Shown: piece after piece, positions 61,331 to 64,000 of the stretch | Layout: every line of letters begins with the position of its first letter | How positions within the stretch are numbered: position 1 is the stretch's first letter | Notes under the pieces: model-generated | The model's input: the letters and a program-made list of their open reading frames with translations, nothing else | Databases searched by the model: none | What the model was told of the DNA's origin: nothing | Translations under genes and position numbers: made by a program | NCBI GenBank assembly: GCA_051362555.1 | Contig: CM120641.1 | Location: forward strand, 33,982,401-34,046,400 | DNA length: 64,000 nt | Source: Lingula anatina | Taxonomy: Eukaryota > Animalia > Brachiopoda | Direction: 5' to 3'

Positions 61331-63345
61331 TGTAAAGAACACGCATTATGGTAGCAACGTAGTTATTATAACGTTGGATGTTGATATAACATGCCGGTGT
61401 TTATACCCGGAGAGTTTTTTTTAACACTTCGATTCTATTCACGCTTTTTTGTTATTTATTGAATGTTTAAAAAAATTAATGATTATTGGGACCGAAAGTT
61501 ATACCACAAGAGAACATCTTTCCTTCTTATATTTTTCGAGCATAGCTTAGCAAAACACGCACCATATACGCAAAGGGCGGATGTTGTTATGAATTGCACG
61601 TTTAAGTATTAATAAGTCGCTCTACAGTGATATGTGATTATTAAAATAGCATGCACTTCAAGAGTGGGTGGTAAGTAGTAATTTTAACGGTACCATTAAC
61701 ATTAGGTGCGAGAAAAGTTGCGTATGACGCTCACTTTTCCAATAACCACGTTTCGATTTATGACCACTCGTGTCCTTTCATGCATAAGTTGATGTCTCGC
61801 ATATTGATGCTGCTTCAGTATGGGTCAGGGGAGGCAATGGCCTTTCTGTGGAGGTCTCTGTGTAGGTAACTAAACGTGATGAACGTAATTTTAATGATAA
61901 GAAATTCTGCATTGCCAATGAACATCTGATGAAGTAAAGTTGTTCTGTCTTGAAGAAAAATATTGTACTGGCCAAGTGTCGCAGATTGGGAAGTGTTTTT
62001 GATGTCGTTTTTGAATGTATTTTCTTGACATAATGTTCTTTAGACAAAGAAGTGATGGCGTAAACTACCAGCCTGTCTTTTTTATTTTATGATTTCCAAA
62101 ATACATACAAACAAACAAAAAACATATACAAATGCAAATACTTCCAGTTTTACATACACACGGTTAATTGAAGGCTCAAGCTTACTATTATGAACGTCAC
62201 GAAAGTAAAACATTGGTTTATGAACATTCGGTGTAATTTAGTAACGTCGGCAAACATAAAATGTTATTCTACCGCAAGCCCACTGTGAATATTACACATA
62301 ACAAAGTTTAAAGAGTTTTGATTGATTTCTGAGATGCATGCCGAGAAACGTGATGACTAGTTACATATTTGAGAACAGATTAAGCTTTTCAGAATGTGGG
62401 CACCAAGGCAGTCGTACCTTGCGTGGCAATCATTAATGGATCCCCTTAGTTCTTCGTGCCTGTTTGCATTTTAGTAACCTTGTCAACGCGACTGGGCTGG
62501 AACAGGCTGTTAACTAAAATAAATCGAAACCGTAGATGTCTGTTAAGTGTTTGGAATGGTTTTGACAGCCAGAAAGGCAAAGAAGATCGATTTATTTCGG
62601 GAATCTGCGACAACTAAACGCAAATTTTAACACAAAAGAAATTGATTACTGTTCCTTTAATTCACATCGGCGGTAGATTTTAGATTAACTAATCGAATGG
62701 CACACTGCGTGAAGTGGGTATATATTACTGGCGGCGCAAAATTGTATCCCACGTCAATTTCATAAACGATGACTCTGAGAGTAATATTATAACAGTAACG
62801 GCACAATGATTACGGGGGATGCATTCTTCACATGCCATTTATTACTGAAAGTGCCTCCTCAAAGGACAAGTCCCAGGTGGGTGCGACGGTTACCGGGCCA
62901 TCGGATCGATTTATTCATTCACATATAGGCAGTATGGATGTAAAACACAAACAGCACGCATCTTTACTGTGTTACGCCAGTCGGAATTGAAACACAGGAT
63001 GCCAATTCGTCTTTTATGCTTCGCCAGAACGACCGGACATTAAGTTGCTGGTGAATTGTAAAGGCACCTGGAGTACGCTTGGTGATTTGATAAGATTAAT
63101 AGGGTTAGGGATTTCTTTATCTGATGTCCCGTTGATCAAATTAGGACCACGATTTCCCTTGAATTGACTGTGCCATCATACATTTGTTGCATGAATATCA
63201 AGGAAAAAGGCAAGTTGGGATTTTTTTATGATGAAAGACAAGGAAAGTCTTTTTTTCCGCAATCTTCGTTATCATTACCTCTAATCATCGAGTCTCTAAG
63301 TCCCAAAGCAGCAAAGAAATGAAGTCAACTATTGAATGAGACACC

Positions 63346-63619
63346 ATGTTGAATAATTTGTATTTAGTTCTGAGCTCATTTTTTCTCGTTTTTTGTGCAA
63401 CCGTATGTATCTACATAGCTTCATTCACGGATTACTGGGAAATTATAACATACGACAACGGAGTCTTCATAGCAAAAAATGCGACAAGCTATATAGTAGA
63501 AATCCATGAGGAATACACTAAAATTACGGATACTTCTGGGGCCTACCCGAACAATGGAACAGTAAGCTACGTTTATCCCCGACATGGAGGAATCTGGAAA
63601 CTCTGTGATACTTTGTCCG
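63346..63619 (+). CDS. First coding exon of a third claudin-like gene (claudin-like C), 3'-truncated by the window end
   Basis: MLNNLYLVLSSFFLVFCATVCIYIASFTDYW...HGGIWKLCDTLS, followed by a phase-1 G|gtaagt donor at the same position as in claudin-like B. Confidence 0.85.
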
Positions 63620-64000
63620 GTAAGTATCTATTCAGGGTTTCTCTATTCATTAATTGATTTATCTATATATTGAATAATTAATTAATTTATTTTTTGTATT
63701 TTTAAAGTATGATTTACTAAAATAGTTAATCACTAAGTAACGACCATGTTTTATCTATGCAGTCAAGCAGCTCGTTGTTTTCATCTCTAATATACTGAGA
63801 TTTGTAAACCGTTTAGACATTTCTAGGTATATATTTATTGTAAAGATTAAAAGTTAAAAGTATTCCGAGATATTTGACAGATAAATAAGTTAAGAAGGTG
63901 TAAGAATTTGGGTAGGATTACAGCGTTGTGGAAGGGTATATAGTTCTAGTGAATTGTATATATACATACATACATGCATGTGCATATTGATCTGTCAAGA

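Overview
AT-rich, intron-dense animal genomic DNA. An invertebrate, probably a lophotrochozoan or mollusc, is inferred from repeat types, mosaic CpG depletion and gene divergence; the species cannot be determined. Hand-splicing gives seven protein-coding genes: the 3' part of a GGA clathrin adaptor (+), AP5Z1 (-, 19 exons, one GC-AG intron), DNAI2 (+), KIF19 (+), and a tandem array of at least three claudin-superfamily genes (+, the third truncated by the window end). Most of the supplied short ORFs are exon fragments or noise. Introns hold many MITE-like foldback elements. The main observations are: a DNAI2-KIF19 ciliary gene pair that is also adjacent in human, with RFX/FOX-type promoter motifs; a neighbourhood matching the vertebrate 7p22/16p/17q24-25/22q paralogon; two divergent claudin-like proteins with the same C-terminal GRI; a 58-bp tandem repeat copying the KIF19 C-terminus and stop codon; and a sharp CpG boundary near 46.1 kb. 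I found no proven novel system; the claudin-like array and the ciliary module are the best leads.
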